Shown: piece after piece, positions 1 to 10,400 of the stretch
Layout: the number at the start of each line of letters is the position of its first letter
Numbering within the stretch: the first letter of the stretch is position 1
IMG/VR virus record: IMGVR_UViG_3300030708_002798
DNA from: a virus
Lineage: Duplodnaviria; Caudoviricetes
DNA: 64,000 nucleotides
Strand: one strand, 5' to 3'
Notes under the pieces: generated by a model
Told to the model about the DNA's origin: nothing
What the model saw: the letters and a program-made list of their open reading frames with translations, nothing else
Databases searched by the model: none
Program-made: the position numbers and the translations under genes

Positions 1-212
1 AACTCTAAAATACCGTTAATTGCTTCTTGCCCCTTTTCAATGATAGAGTAGAGATTTCCTCTAGTATATTCATAATCACTAGTTACATCATCTTTCTTTT
101 CTGGTTTTTCTTTTTTAGGCTGCTCAACAATTTCAGATTTTGCCTCAACCTCTACGATTGGTGCTTCATCGTCAATATTAAAAGTCTCATTTAAATCATC
201 AAATTTTGCCAT
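1..212 (-). CDS. gp16: Terminase small subunit gp16, N-terminal part (runs off window start)
   Basis: Manual translation from ATG at 212 (overlapping the gp15 stop): MAKFDDLNETFNIDDEAP...DYEYTRGNLYSIIEKGQEAINGILE. The DYEYTRGNLY motif and the position after gp15 match cyanomyophage gp16. Confidence 0.85.
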   Translation of the reverse strand, partial: MAKFDDLNETFNIDDEAPIVEVEAKSEIVEQPKKEKPEKKDDVTSDYEYTRGNLYSIIEKGQEAINGILE

Positions 213-1222
213 CAGATAAATCCTCCATCAAATCCAAAGTCATCACCAAGACCAACTTCTTGGTTGTCAGATTCATTTACTGCCAACACATTTGTTCCAG
301 AAACATGTGATGCCGCAACAGTATTGTTTTGTGCTCTTCTGACCAAGAGTTTGTTCTCCGTATCAGACTTTTGCTTGACATACATAACCTCTTTGTTGAT
401 CTGAATGTATGTACCTTCTTCGATAGGAGTAATGGACTGAAGAGTGATGGTCTCGTCAGTTTTATCAATATCTGCCGCAGTTGCTTCTAGGACACCCTCA
501 TCAAAATCTTTGAGTGCCTTAGGTTCTGTAGTATAAGTAACGTCTCTTTGCTTTTTGTCTCCACCAGGACCAGCAAAATATCCAATATCTGCCTTTTTGA
601 TAATCTTTGCACTGACATCCTTGGTGATAGGACCAAATAGGTATGTCTTAGCACTAAATCTTAAAGTGTAAATAAGTGCTCTTCTAGTATCAAAATTACC
701 TTCATATTGATCATCCATTGTGATACCTTCGAGAACAATGGGAATATCACGTTTTTCGTTAATATCTGAAACTAAGTTAATTGTAAGATTATATGATGGT
801 TGAAAGTATGGTAAAATCTGCTCTACAATTTGGAGCATATCATCATTTAGTTTTGTATAAATGTTCAACTCAAAGTCCATATTGTATGGGACTGGCATGT
901 ATGCCTTCTTGATAGTTCCATCACCATTTGCTGCTGGTGCAATGAACTTTTGAGTAGTTGTTACTTTTCTTGATGAGTCATACTGCATTCCAGTAAACTC
1001 AAAAGACATTCTTGGCAATGTAATTTGAGTTGTCTTATTTAAATCTTCAGACTGCTCTAGTCTTGCTAGAAATTTTTGCTGAGGTGCATAAGCGAGTGGA
1101 ACTTTTGTCGTTCCAACAACATCTCCACTGGAGTTTGTTGTCTTAATGACAATATCATTGAAGAGTGTGCCAAAACTAATGACAGTTTTCTTCAGTATTT
1201 CGTTATAAAAATATTCAAACAT
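212..1222 (-). CDS. gp15: Tail sheath stabiliser / tail completion protein gp15
   Basis: YFYNEILKKTVISFGTLFNDI, KVPLAYAP, LPRMSFE, PVPYN, QIVEQILPYFQP motifs of T4 gp15; synteny gp13-gp14-gp15-gp16. Confidence 0.95.
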   Translation of the reverse strand: MFEYFYNEILKKTVISFGTLFNDIVIKTTNSSGDVVGTTKVPLAYAPQQKFLARLEQSEDLNKTTQITLPRMSFEFTGMQYDSSRKVTTTQKFIAPAANGDGTIKKAYMPVPYNMDFELNIYTKLNDDMLQIVEQILPYFQPSYNLTINLVSDINEKRDIPIVLEGITMDDQYEGNFDTRRALIYTLRFSAKTYLFGPITKDVSAKIIKKADIGYFAGPGGDKKQRDVTYTTEPKALKDFDEGVLEATAADIDKTDETITLQSITPIEEGTYIQINKEVMYVKQKSDTENKLLVRRAQNNTVAASHVSGTNVLAVNESDNQEVGLGDDFGFDGGFI

Positions 1223-1241
1223 AATTGAACTCTCTTAGGAA

Positions 1242-2987
1242 TTACACCCTTCCAAATGGATTTCTTTCGGTGAAATCAATAAGGTCATCAGCCTCAGACT
1301 GAATATCAACGTTCTGATCATAAGAACTTGAAGGATTATCTTCTTCAACTGGTGTTGACTCTTCTGGAACGTCGTAGGTATTATCTGAAATTAGTGGATT
1401 ATCAGTAATAGTATTTAGGATTACAATTTTGTGTTGTGCTCCAGAAATATCTCCAGTAATAGTTTCTCCATTAATGAAGTCACCTGTGAGATTGGATACT
1501 TTTAGTTCTTTTGTGCCAACATTCCAAGATTTAACAATACCAGTATTTCCTGAGGATCCAGTTACGGTTTCATTAAATTGGAAATTACCAGTTCCAACTT
1601 GATTTGGTAGACCGAAAGTAATATTTGGTGCAACTGTATAACCCGCACCAGGATTTGTAATTCTTACCGCAGTTACTGTATTATTAGAAAGAATTGCTCT
1701 ACCAGTTGCTTTTGTTCCTGGTCCAGGTGTTCTAATTGTCGTTAGACCAACTTTAATATATGAATTTTGATCTCCACCATCAATTAGAAGAACATCTCCA
1801 ACTTCATAATCTTGACCACCATTTGCAAATGAAAGACCACCAGTTGCACCAGTAATTGCTCCATTTGAATTAGTGACAGTTAGTGTTGCTCCACTTCCAC
1901 TGCCCCCAGTTAAGTTATAAGTTCCTGGACTATATCCAGAACCGTTACTTCCAGTTACGGATCCTCCAGCATTAGAAATATAGAATTCTGTACTCCAACT
2001 ACCATACAAAACACCACGATATGGTGGTGGATCATCAAATGTCACAGTTGGTTCTTCACTATAATTAGAACCTACATCGGTAACAGTAACAAATCCAACC
2101 GCACCCTCAGTAGCAATACCTACGGTTGCTGCAGCACCAGTTCCAGTTGTTCTTCCAGTGAATGTAACGAGTGGAGCAACTGTATAACCTGAACCAGGAT
2201 TAGTTAGTTCTACACCTTGAATAGTTAGGAACTGTTCTCCACCAGATCCATATGTAGTCCTTCCAGTTACAATACCTGCAGCATCTACACCACCAGAAGG
2301 TGCTGTTGATAAACCTAAGGTTACTGGTGCAGTATATCCATAACCCTTATCAGAGAACGTAAAGAAGTTCAGAGCACCGTCTACGACCCTTGTGTATGCT
2401 GCTGCGGTCTCTCCTATACCCAATACCTTATATGTTTGAATATAACCCTGATCTTGGAAATTATCGTCGATCTGAGATACACCAGTATTAACAACCTCTG
2501 TAGAATATCTGTAAAGTTCACATCTCAGTTCATAGACGTAATTCTTCTGTAATTGATAGAATGGTTGCTCGTGCTCAACAAACTTAATTTCAAATAATCT
2601 ATCTCCGTATGGGAAGTATATTAAATCTCCTTCTTTTGGTCTAGTTGCTAATTCAATATTTGGGAGATCTTTAATTAGTGGTGTGATATAATTTTCGTAT
2701 CTATCTTTTGAAATGATCAAAGTAAGATCATCTAAATCTTGAATACCAAACTTAGACAATAAGGTTCCCTGACCATCATATCCGTCGTAATTATTAACGT
2801 ATGCTTCAATCGGATATGCGTTATTAAATTCTGACTGAATAACCTCTTCGATAACAGTTGTTTTGGTCAGATACTGTCGAGGAATATAGTAAACCTCAAC
2901 ACCATACATCTTCAACTGCTCGTTGATTAACTCTTGCACCAAGTTTTGCTCACTTGGTGATCCTTGCTGAAAAAATGGATTTAACAT
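1242..2987 (-). CDS. gp14: Neck protein gp14 with inserted Gly-rich (GxGY) repeat domains
   Basis: EQNLVQELINEQLKMYGVEVYYIPR, LSKFG, RPKEGDLIYFP, FEIKFVEHEQPFYQL and C-terminal DFTERNPFG; synteny. Confidence 0.92.
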   Translation of the reverse strand: MLNPFFQQGSPSEQNLVQELINEQLKMYGVEVYYIPRQYLTKTTVIEEVIQSEFNNAYPIEAYVNNYDGYDGQGTLLSKFGIQDLDDLTLIISKDRYENYITPLIKDLPNIELATRPKEGDLIYFPYGDRLFEIKFVEHEQPFYQLQKNYVYELRCELYRYSTEVVNTGVSQIDDNFQDQGYIQTYKVLGIGETAAAYTRVVDGALNFFTFSDKGYGYTAPVTLGLSTAPSGGVDAAGIVTGRTTYGSGGEQFLTIQGVELTNPGSGYTVAPLVTFTGRTTGTGAAATVGIATEGAVGFVTVTDVGSNYSEEPTVTFDDPPPYRGVLYGSWSTEFYISNAGGSVTGSNGSGYSPGTYNLTGGSGSGATLTVTNSNGAITGATGGLSFANGGQDYEVGDVLLIDGGDQNSYIKVGLTTIRTPGPGTKATGRAILSNNTVTAVRITNPGAGYTVAPNITFGLPNQVGTGNFQFNETVTGSSGNTGIVKSWNVGTKELKVSNLTGDFINGETITGDISGAQHKIVILNTITDNPLISDNTYDVPEESTPVEEDNPSSSYDQNVDIQSEADDLIDFTERNPFGRV

Positions 2988-2991
2988 GGTA

Positions 2992-3834
2992 TCAACCGAT
3001 CATGTCTAGAGGTGGAAGTTCATAAGTAGAGGACATTTTCTCCCTAATTCTTTCCAGTTCTCTTTCCGCATCGTCATACATCTGACGACCATTAAGTTCT
3101 ACTCCACCTGGAAGTTTTACACCTTGGAACTTCATTAGATTCTGTCCCCACTGCCTCTTAACGAGAGCAGTCAAATACATCTTGAGGAAAGAGTCATTCC
3201 AAACTTGACCATAATCATTTGGATCTAGCAGTCTCCAGCAATCAATTACTAGATAATCATCCTCACTGAGAGTTCCCCAATCCATATCAATATAAAGACG
3301 ATCTTGCCTTTGATTGAATCTAAAATTCTTTAGTGGATTTAGTAGATGATCAATATCAGCCAGTTTTGACTGAACCATAGAATATTGAAGAAGATCAATC
3401 GAATCCCAATAATATAAGTCGTTTAAGAATAGTTGGTATTTAACACTAAACATCGATCCACTAGTTGCGGATGATGATTGAACACGGAAGATTTTATTTA
3501 CACCAGTAACTGCGGAAGGTACTGGTAGATAGTTTGAATTTTCTTCAAAAGTAAACTGAGTAGAAACACCTACAGTTTTGGTTACGGTATCTGTGGTAAT
3601 ACCCGATATTGTTGAACCACCTCTAGATCTTCCTCTATCAATATCGTCTTGTGTTATCTTATATTTTAAATATGTTCTTATTACACCATCAAAATGCCTT
3701 TCGTGAAAAAATTGCAAAGCATCATCGACTAGATCATCGATTTGCTCATCGGCAACGTTGATTTCTAAGACAGGAGCACCTAACTGCCTTTTAGTATAAT
3801 CAATTAAGTCTTGTCTAGATGCTGGTTGTGCCAT
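2992..3834 (-). CDS. gp13: Neck protein gp13
   Basis: LIDYTKRQLGAPVLEINV, QWGQNLMKFQGVKLPGGVELNG motifs of T4 gp13. Confidence 0.95.
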   Translation of the reverse strand: MAQPASRQDLIDYTKRQLGAPVLEINVADEQIDDLVDDALQFFHERHFDGVIRTYLKYKITQDDIDRGRSRGGSTISGITTDTVTKTVGVSTQFTFEENSNYLPVPSAVTGVNKIFRVQSSSATSGSMFSVKYQLFLNDLYYWDSIDLLQYSMVQSKLADIDHLLNPLKNFRFNQRQDRLYIDMDWGTLSEDDYLVIDCWRLLDPNDYGQVWNDSFLKMYLTALVKRQWGQNLMKFQGVKLPGGVELNGRQMYDDAERELERIREKMSSTYELPPLDMIG

Positions 3835-3853
3835 TTTATTACAGCTTTAAAAT

Positions 3854-3860
3854 TATTTAT
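3854..3860 (-). promoter_or_regulatory. T4-type late promoter (ATAAATA) upstream of gp13
   Basis: ATAAATA on the minus strand ~20 nt before the gp13 start; matches the gp55-dependent TATAAATA consensus. Confidence 0.65.
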
Positions 3861-4243
3861 GGAGCAGAAGAAATACCTGGTTGAACTAGAATACTTCCAT
3901 CTACAATCTTATAAGTTGTTGTTCCAGAACTTACTAGAACATCATAATAATATCTTCCTGCTTTGATACTTCTAGTATCAGTTGCTCCCATGGCAATTTT
4001 GAATTGACCATTAGAAGCACTAACAAAACTAAAATCAAATGTTCCGTGTGCATACATTGAAGAACCAATGGATACACTCTTGGTCATCTGTGATGATCCA
4101 GACCAGGAAGTGAAATCAAACTTACCACTATTAATGTCGTAAGTATTGAAGTTAACTTTAAAATCTGACCCAGGAAATAGGGTCAGATTTACACCATAAG
4201 GAACGTTTACTTCTGGGTTAAATGTTATTCTTTGATTAGACAT
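3857..4243 (-). CDS. Small virion structural protein (Ig-like; conserved in cyanomyophages)
   Basis: 128-aa ORF with GRYYYDVLV...IVDGSILVQPG, typical of small structural genes before gp13. Confidence 0.7.
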   Translation of the reverse strand: MSNQRITFNPEVNVPYGVNLTLFPGSDFKVNFNTYDINSGKFDFTSWSGSSQMTKSVSIGSSMYAHGTFDFSFVSASNGQFKIAMGATDTRSIKAGRYYYDVLVSSGTTTYKIVDGSILVQPGISSAP

Positions 4244-4443
4244 TTGAGTAGATCCTTAATTTCCTTTAGATCATCTTTTACAGTTTGAACATCATCTTCA
4301 ATTTGTTTGATTTTGTCCAACTCCCTCTTTTTATATTTGAGGGAGTTCATATAATTCTTATATTCAGTCATGTTAGTGTTGACTATTGCATTTGTTTCGG
4401 AATCTCTATAGAGATTTGCCCGATTTTCTACTTTAATTTTCAT
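4225..4443 (-). CDS. Hypothetical protein with C-terminal coiled coil
   Basis: Likely start MKIKVENRANLYRDSETNAIVNTN at 4443, directly after the upstream stop; heptad C-terminus. Confidence 0.75.
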   Translation of the reverse strand: MKIKVENRANLYRDSETNAIVNTNMTEYKNYMNSLKYKKRELDKIKQIEDDVQTVKDDLKEIKDLLKCLIKE

Positions 4444-4444
4444 A

Positions 4445-7400
4445 TTATGAGAATGCAATTGCTCTGAGGTCACGTACCCTTGGTGGGTAGCATTGGTTCG
4501 TAGATGTTGCTACGAGTTTGACACTAAAGTACTTGAATGATGGTAGATTTTCAATAGTAAACTCATAATCTTTGAATGTTAGGGCAGTAGAATCGAAACC
4601 TTTGGTATCGGTTGGTGCGACTCTACTATCAGGTCTACCATTACTCTCATTAATATCATCAACCTGACCACTTTCAAGAAGATTATCATATCCAGGGAAT
4701 GGATAGTAGATTAGATCTTTTGATGGATCATCAGTTAAAGCATAGAATGCTCTAATGTCTGAGAAATTGTTGATGTATGCTGCAAGTAAGAGTCTGATGT
4801 TGTTTGCAGGAATTTCGAGTGCAACAGGTTTAGATGCGTAAACGAATGCTGAAGGATCTTCAGTAAGTGTCGCAACTCTTCTGTCAGTAACAAAGTTAGT
4901 AACAATTTCATTAACTCTGTTGGAAACAAATACTGCACCCATTCTATCGAGGTCAATAACAGGTGATAGTCTGCTATCGAGTGAACTGAGACTTAGTTCT
5001 AGTTCAAATGATCTGTTTCCTGGCATATCATCCAGTAGATTGTCTGCATTCGTCTTGGATGCAATCATTCTAGGAGTATCGAAGTAGTTATCTGCATCCA
5101 TATCAATGGTTTGATAACCTTGATCAACGAATGATACTTCATCACCACTGACACTAGTAGCAGAAACCGTTCTTACACGTCCAGAAACATTAGTCTTAGT
5201 GACTTGCATAATCTGAGTAATTGGTTTCATGATTTCAAACTGGATGTTCTGCGTAGCAGTAACACTTTCACCACCAGTAGATCTAGTTTCATTTAGATAT
5301 AGAGTTGGTAGTGAAGTGGAAGATGATCTATCAACACCATTATCAGAATTATCAATTTTAATGTTGTAGTAATCTAGATCTCTTGCTTCAGAAACAGTTG
5401 CATCTTGTAGTTGATGTGTCTTGTTAATTCTTCTGAGAGAAACTCCAGAATTTTCATACTTATAGATGAGTTGACCAGCATCATATCCGCCAGCAACTGT
5501 AGAATCAATTTGTCTAGTAACACTTTCTAGTGTATTACCAGTAACTCCTTCGTAAGAGATGATTTCAGAACCAATCTTTGCATATCCAGGATTAGTTGTA
5601 CCAACTCCAACACCTTCAAAGGTTGCAAATTCGGATGCATCTTCAAGAACAATATCTGCTGTAGAATCTCTAACAACCTCTGCACTGATAGTTGTTGGAG
5701 GAATATTGGAAAGTACATTTTCAATTACAACCTGGTTAGTGCCAGAGTGCATACCATGGTTTCTGTGATTTACCTTGATGTGTAGACCATCAGTGACAAT
5801 TCTTGGTGCTGTATCTAGAGTTACGGAAGCATTGTTGCTAAACTCAGAGGTGACACCCGAAGAATTGACATAACGAAGTGTCTTACCACCACCAACGTTG
5901 AAATCACCTTGTACTTGATCAAGAATCAGTTCATTGATGCCATAAACTTCAGAAACGGATAGTTGTAGGTTTCTACCAACACCACCACCGATTGTGGCAG
6001 TTAGAACATCACCAACTTTGAAACCATTACCACCATCAGAAATTGTAGCAGCAGCTGCAACTCCATTATTAACATGAATGTTTGCTGTTGCATTCTGACC
6101 CTGACCAGTTAGTTTAGTCAGTGCTACGTTATCATATTGGAAGAATCCAGCAGCAGGTGTTAATCCAAGTCCAGCATTAGTTACTGACATGGTGCCAGTT
6201 GCAATGCCGAGACCCATTACGTAGTTGCCTGTTGCATTAGAATCATCTTGCTTAACAGTATTACCTGGTTCAATTTCAGTTCCCCAAGATACTGCAGTTG
6301 TTCCAAGTCCGACAATAATTCTTCTAGAAGAAACATTGAGAGAATCTTTTTGTAAGGTAGCAACCTGTCTGTTACCTGCAGTTAGGTCTGGGTTGAAGAA
6401 ACTAATCTTACCTTCTTCAACGAATTGTGCTCTGTTCAATTCAAACTTGAGATCGTCGAACTGGCTAGGAGTCCAAGATCTGCCATTCTGAGACTTAAAC
6501 ATTGAACCTAGAGTTGGTTGCTGAGTTACAGGAACCTGCTGAGATTCTGGTAATGCTAGTGTAGAAACATCAGTCTCACCCAATCTACTAATCCATAGAT
6601 TAAAGTCGGTTACATCAGATCCAACAACAATACAGTGATCTTTTCCACCCTCTAGGTATACAGGTGCTGGGAAGAAGACTGTTGTTGCTGCACTACCATC
6701 TTCAGATACTCTAATCTTTGATCCGTGAAGATCAACGTGAGATAATGGATAGATTTCTTCAGATGAAGGGAATCCATTAACCATTGGTCTCAGTTGAACA
6801 AAGCAGCTAGCTGTTTCTGAGGTTGATTGGAAATATAGATCAACGGAAGTTACGAAGATACCCGTGCTATCAGTGTCATTACCTACACTAAATGACTGTG
6901 CCACGGGATCTCTTCTTCTCCGTGGTGGTGCGGGTGGCCTTCTCCTACTTCTGCCTCTACGTCTTCTGCCTCTGCGTCTACGTCTGCTTCTACGTGGTGG
7001 AGCTGGTGGTGGAGGTGCTGGTCTTGGTCTACGAGGTTCAGGACGTGGTGGTCTTGGACGTGGTGGAGCAGGACGTGGAGGAACTGGTGCTGGTGGTGGG
7101 CTAGGTACAGGTCTTGGTACTGGTACTGGTACTGGATTTGGTACTGGTACTGGATTTGGTTGTACAACAATAACTGGTGGTGGAGGTGGTGGCAATGGAA
7201 TTGCTCTTGGTTCCTCTCTTGTTACATTAACATTGACATCAACAATTGAAGTTCTTGTATCAGAGATTGGTTCAGTTTGAGTTAACTGAGCATTCTGTAT
7301 TTCTACATTACGTGTAGAAATAACAGTTCCTTGAACACTATCAATTGTGCCTGTAGAGAAGAATGCTTTTTCAGCTTCAGTAGTTGATTGTCCTCCGACT

Positions 7401-10400
7401 GGATTAAAGTTTGGAGAATCAGAAATCTTGAAGGATGAAGATCCAGAACGGAACTTAGGTGCTCCAGGTGCATTTGGATTTGGAATATAGAAAGAACCAC
7501 GAATAGATCCAATATCATCAGTAACAAGTCTGACATCTGTTACTCTTGCTCTAGCACCACTATTTTGACCTTCAAGGATCATTCCATCATCAATATATCC
7601 ATAATATTGACCTGTTGCTTCAAGTGCTAATGTTGCTAGATCTACGTTTAGAACAGTAGATGCGGTTGAATAAAGTCGTGGTTGCTCAACATTAGTATAT
7701 GGATTTAGTGGATAGATATCAATCGGATCATTGAAAGGTCCAGTTCTATGATGAGGTGAAGCAACTCTGAATGAAATCCAAGGTAGATCTTGGGTAATAC
7801 CTGGTCTTGGACTTTGTGCAGATTGAACTGTCTCACCAACTTCAAATGTTCCACTGATCATTTCAATTTCAATCAGTTTTGGAACACAATAGTTCTCGAC
7901 ATTAGTTGTGTCGAAGAATGGTGTTACTTCGGTATTTGGTTTTAGTCTTCTTGCAATAAATTCAACGTTTCTTGCTCTCATGAAAGAGGAAACGTTACTC
8001 GAAATAATTCTATCACCAAGACTGATATTATTTCCAGGAGTGTTTACTAATCTCTGAGATTCACCTGTTCTGGATCTTGTTCCAGTTCTAGTTACAGTCT
8101 CTGAGGTAATAGATGTAGTTGTTGTTTGACTACCACGGGTTAGGAATTGATTTCCTGGAATCTGAAGAGTTTCAGATTGTGATCTAGTATTTCTAGATGT
8201 AGATCTTCCAGTCCATTCTTCATTCCATGCTCCCCATACTGTTGGAGACCACCCTGCTTGAGGATCTAGATCTCGTGGATTTGCAGTAACGTTAGTAATA
8301 TTGAATCCACTAATTAGACCTTCAACAGTTTGAGTTTCAACTCTTGATTGCTCAATCCAAATATCGGAAGATGGATTTAGAGTTAGAGAACCTTTATAGA
8401 ACTGAACAAAATATGGTGCAGCATTAACAACTCTAGTTGCAGTTGGTTGCTCAAAGAATTGAACCTCATCATAGTCTAGGGTAAGAAGACCCATACCATC
8501 AGTTCCTTCAAATCCTGGATTTGGATTGACGGTACTTCTTCTGATGTTATTGCCAATAAGATCATTTACATATCTTGGATCGACAGTATCGTCTTTTGCA
8601 CCATTAACTCCAGTAAGAGCAGTAGAACCTAGAACTAAATCAATCGAAGTAGTATAAGATGAAGGTCTTAACTCATTATTGGAAATATCAATACTATTCT
8701 TGGTATTTACACGAAGTTGACTATTAACGTTAGTAAAGTTATCTACAAAGAATCCAGACTTAAATCTATCAGTACCATCAGAATCTTTGATATCAAGATT
8801 TGCTGTGTTAAGTTCTAGAACAGATAGTTGAGTATAATACTCAAGATTTTTTACTCTCTGCTCTAGTAATGCAATATCTTGCATTCTATATCTCTTATGC
8901 TTTAAGAGATTGATTTTGACATCATCTGGAGAGTACAGATATGGTGGTAAAATTACTTGTGCTACCTCTAGAGCATTCTCAAGTGGTAGTGGTAATGCTG
9001 GAGTTTCAGAAGGGATACCATTAATAATCTGGAATGTTTTCTCTTTGTTTAGATAAATTCTATCAATTCTACCTAGGTAGAATGAATAATCAACATTGAT
9101 AGTCTCATCAGGTGCTAAAATATCAATATTTTCATTTTGTGTGGAATCAAAAGACCTTCCTAAGAACTCAAATGGTGATCTTGCACCTTCAGTTACTGTA
9201 TATGTTTTAACTCTAGGTCTAATATCCAGAATATCAGTATGTCTAATTCCATCAACAGATCCAACTTCACCATAATCGAAGTTTTCATAAGAATCTGCAA
9301 TTAAGAAACTGCCAGTATCGGTAGAATTAATACTTGCATATTCGTATACAACAGTAAGTCTCTTAGTTGGTGCATTTGTATTGGGTTTTCTTACTAGTCT
9401 AGAATAATCGTAAATAGTGCTTCTAGAACCAGTATTTAAAGTATACTTATCAGTAACATCATTATCACCTGCAGTTACTGCATCAACAACTGCTTCGATC
9501 TTAGAATCTAGGAAAGTAATTTCCTCATCTTTCGCAAAAGTTTTATCGTTGATATATACAACTTCAACTGTTGTGCTCGATACTTTAGAAGATAGAACAG
9601 CAACACATCCACTTGTTCCTTGAATTCTCTCACCATCAAGAGCATCCAATGCACTTGCATTGAAACTATTAATATTTGACAGAGTTAGTCTTGGAATTGA
9701 AGCATCACCAGTAGTTGTAGACTCATAAACGGCATGAATCTTTGTTACATCTGGTTCTAGTAGACAAATATCTTCGTCTTGTACTCTAGAACCGTATGGG
9801 AAATTGCCATAAGTTAATCCATCGTTTAGAGTAGTTGCACCTACACCAGAACCTTCTAGTGAAGACTTATTAACTATGATGGTTTTAACTTTATTTCTAA
9901 CTTTACTTTGTGCTTTGAGGTCAATCTTCTTCAAAGTTGCTACGAGTGTAGCATCACCAGTTACTGACAGACCCTTAATGATAAGTTCTCTACTACCACT
10001 AGTAATGGTAAACTTATCAGTGGTTAGTTCTTCATGAGCACCATTCTTGTTGGTTAGAATATATCTTTCTTCATCAAATGGTAAGAAAGTTTCTCCAGTC
10101 TCTAATTCTGCAGGAAGAATAGTTACTCTGCCTCCAGTTTCGTCGGAAACAATAGAAACATTAAAGGTTTTTCTAATTGTTACGTTAGAATCTAGAAGAT
10201 TTACATTAGATATATTAGATTTTGGTAGTGGAGTATAAAGTGTATTATCCTCTGATCTTTGTAGAGCAGATACAATTTTAGAAACATTAATTGAACTGAC
10301 TGTACCAGTTGCTACAGTGCCCTTACAGACCCCACTAACTGCCTCTACAGCAGCAAGAGTAATGCTTGAGGTAGAAACTACAGAAACTCTGTTAATCGTT

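Noticed and set aside
6864-7280. Gly-rich plus-strand ORF and QYQYQ/His-rich alternative-frame ORFs
   Set aside because: By-products of the Pro/Arg low-complexity tract in the 2583-aa gene.
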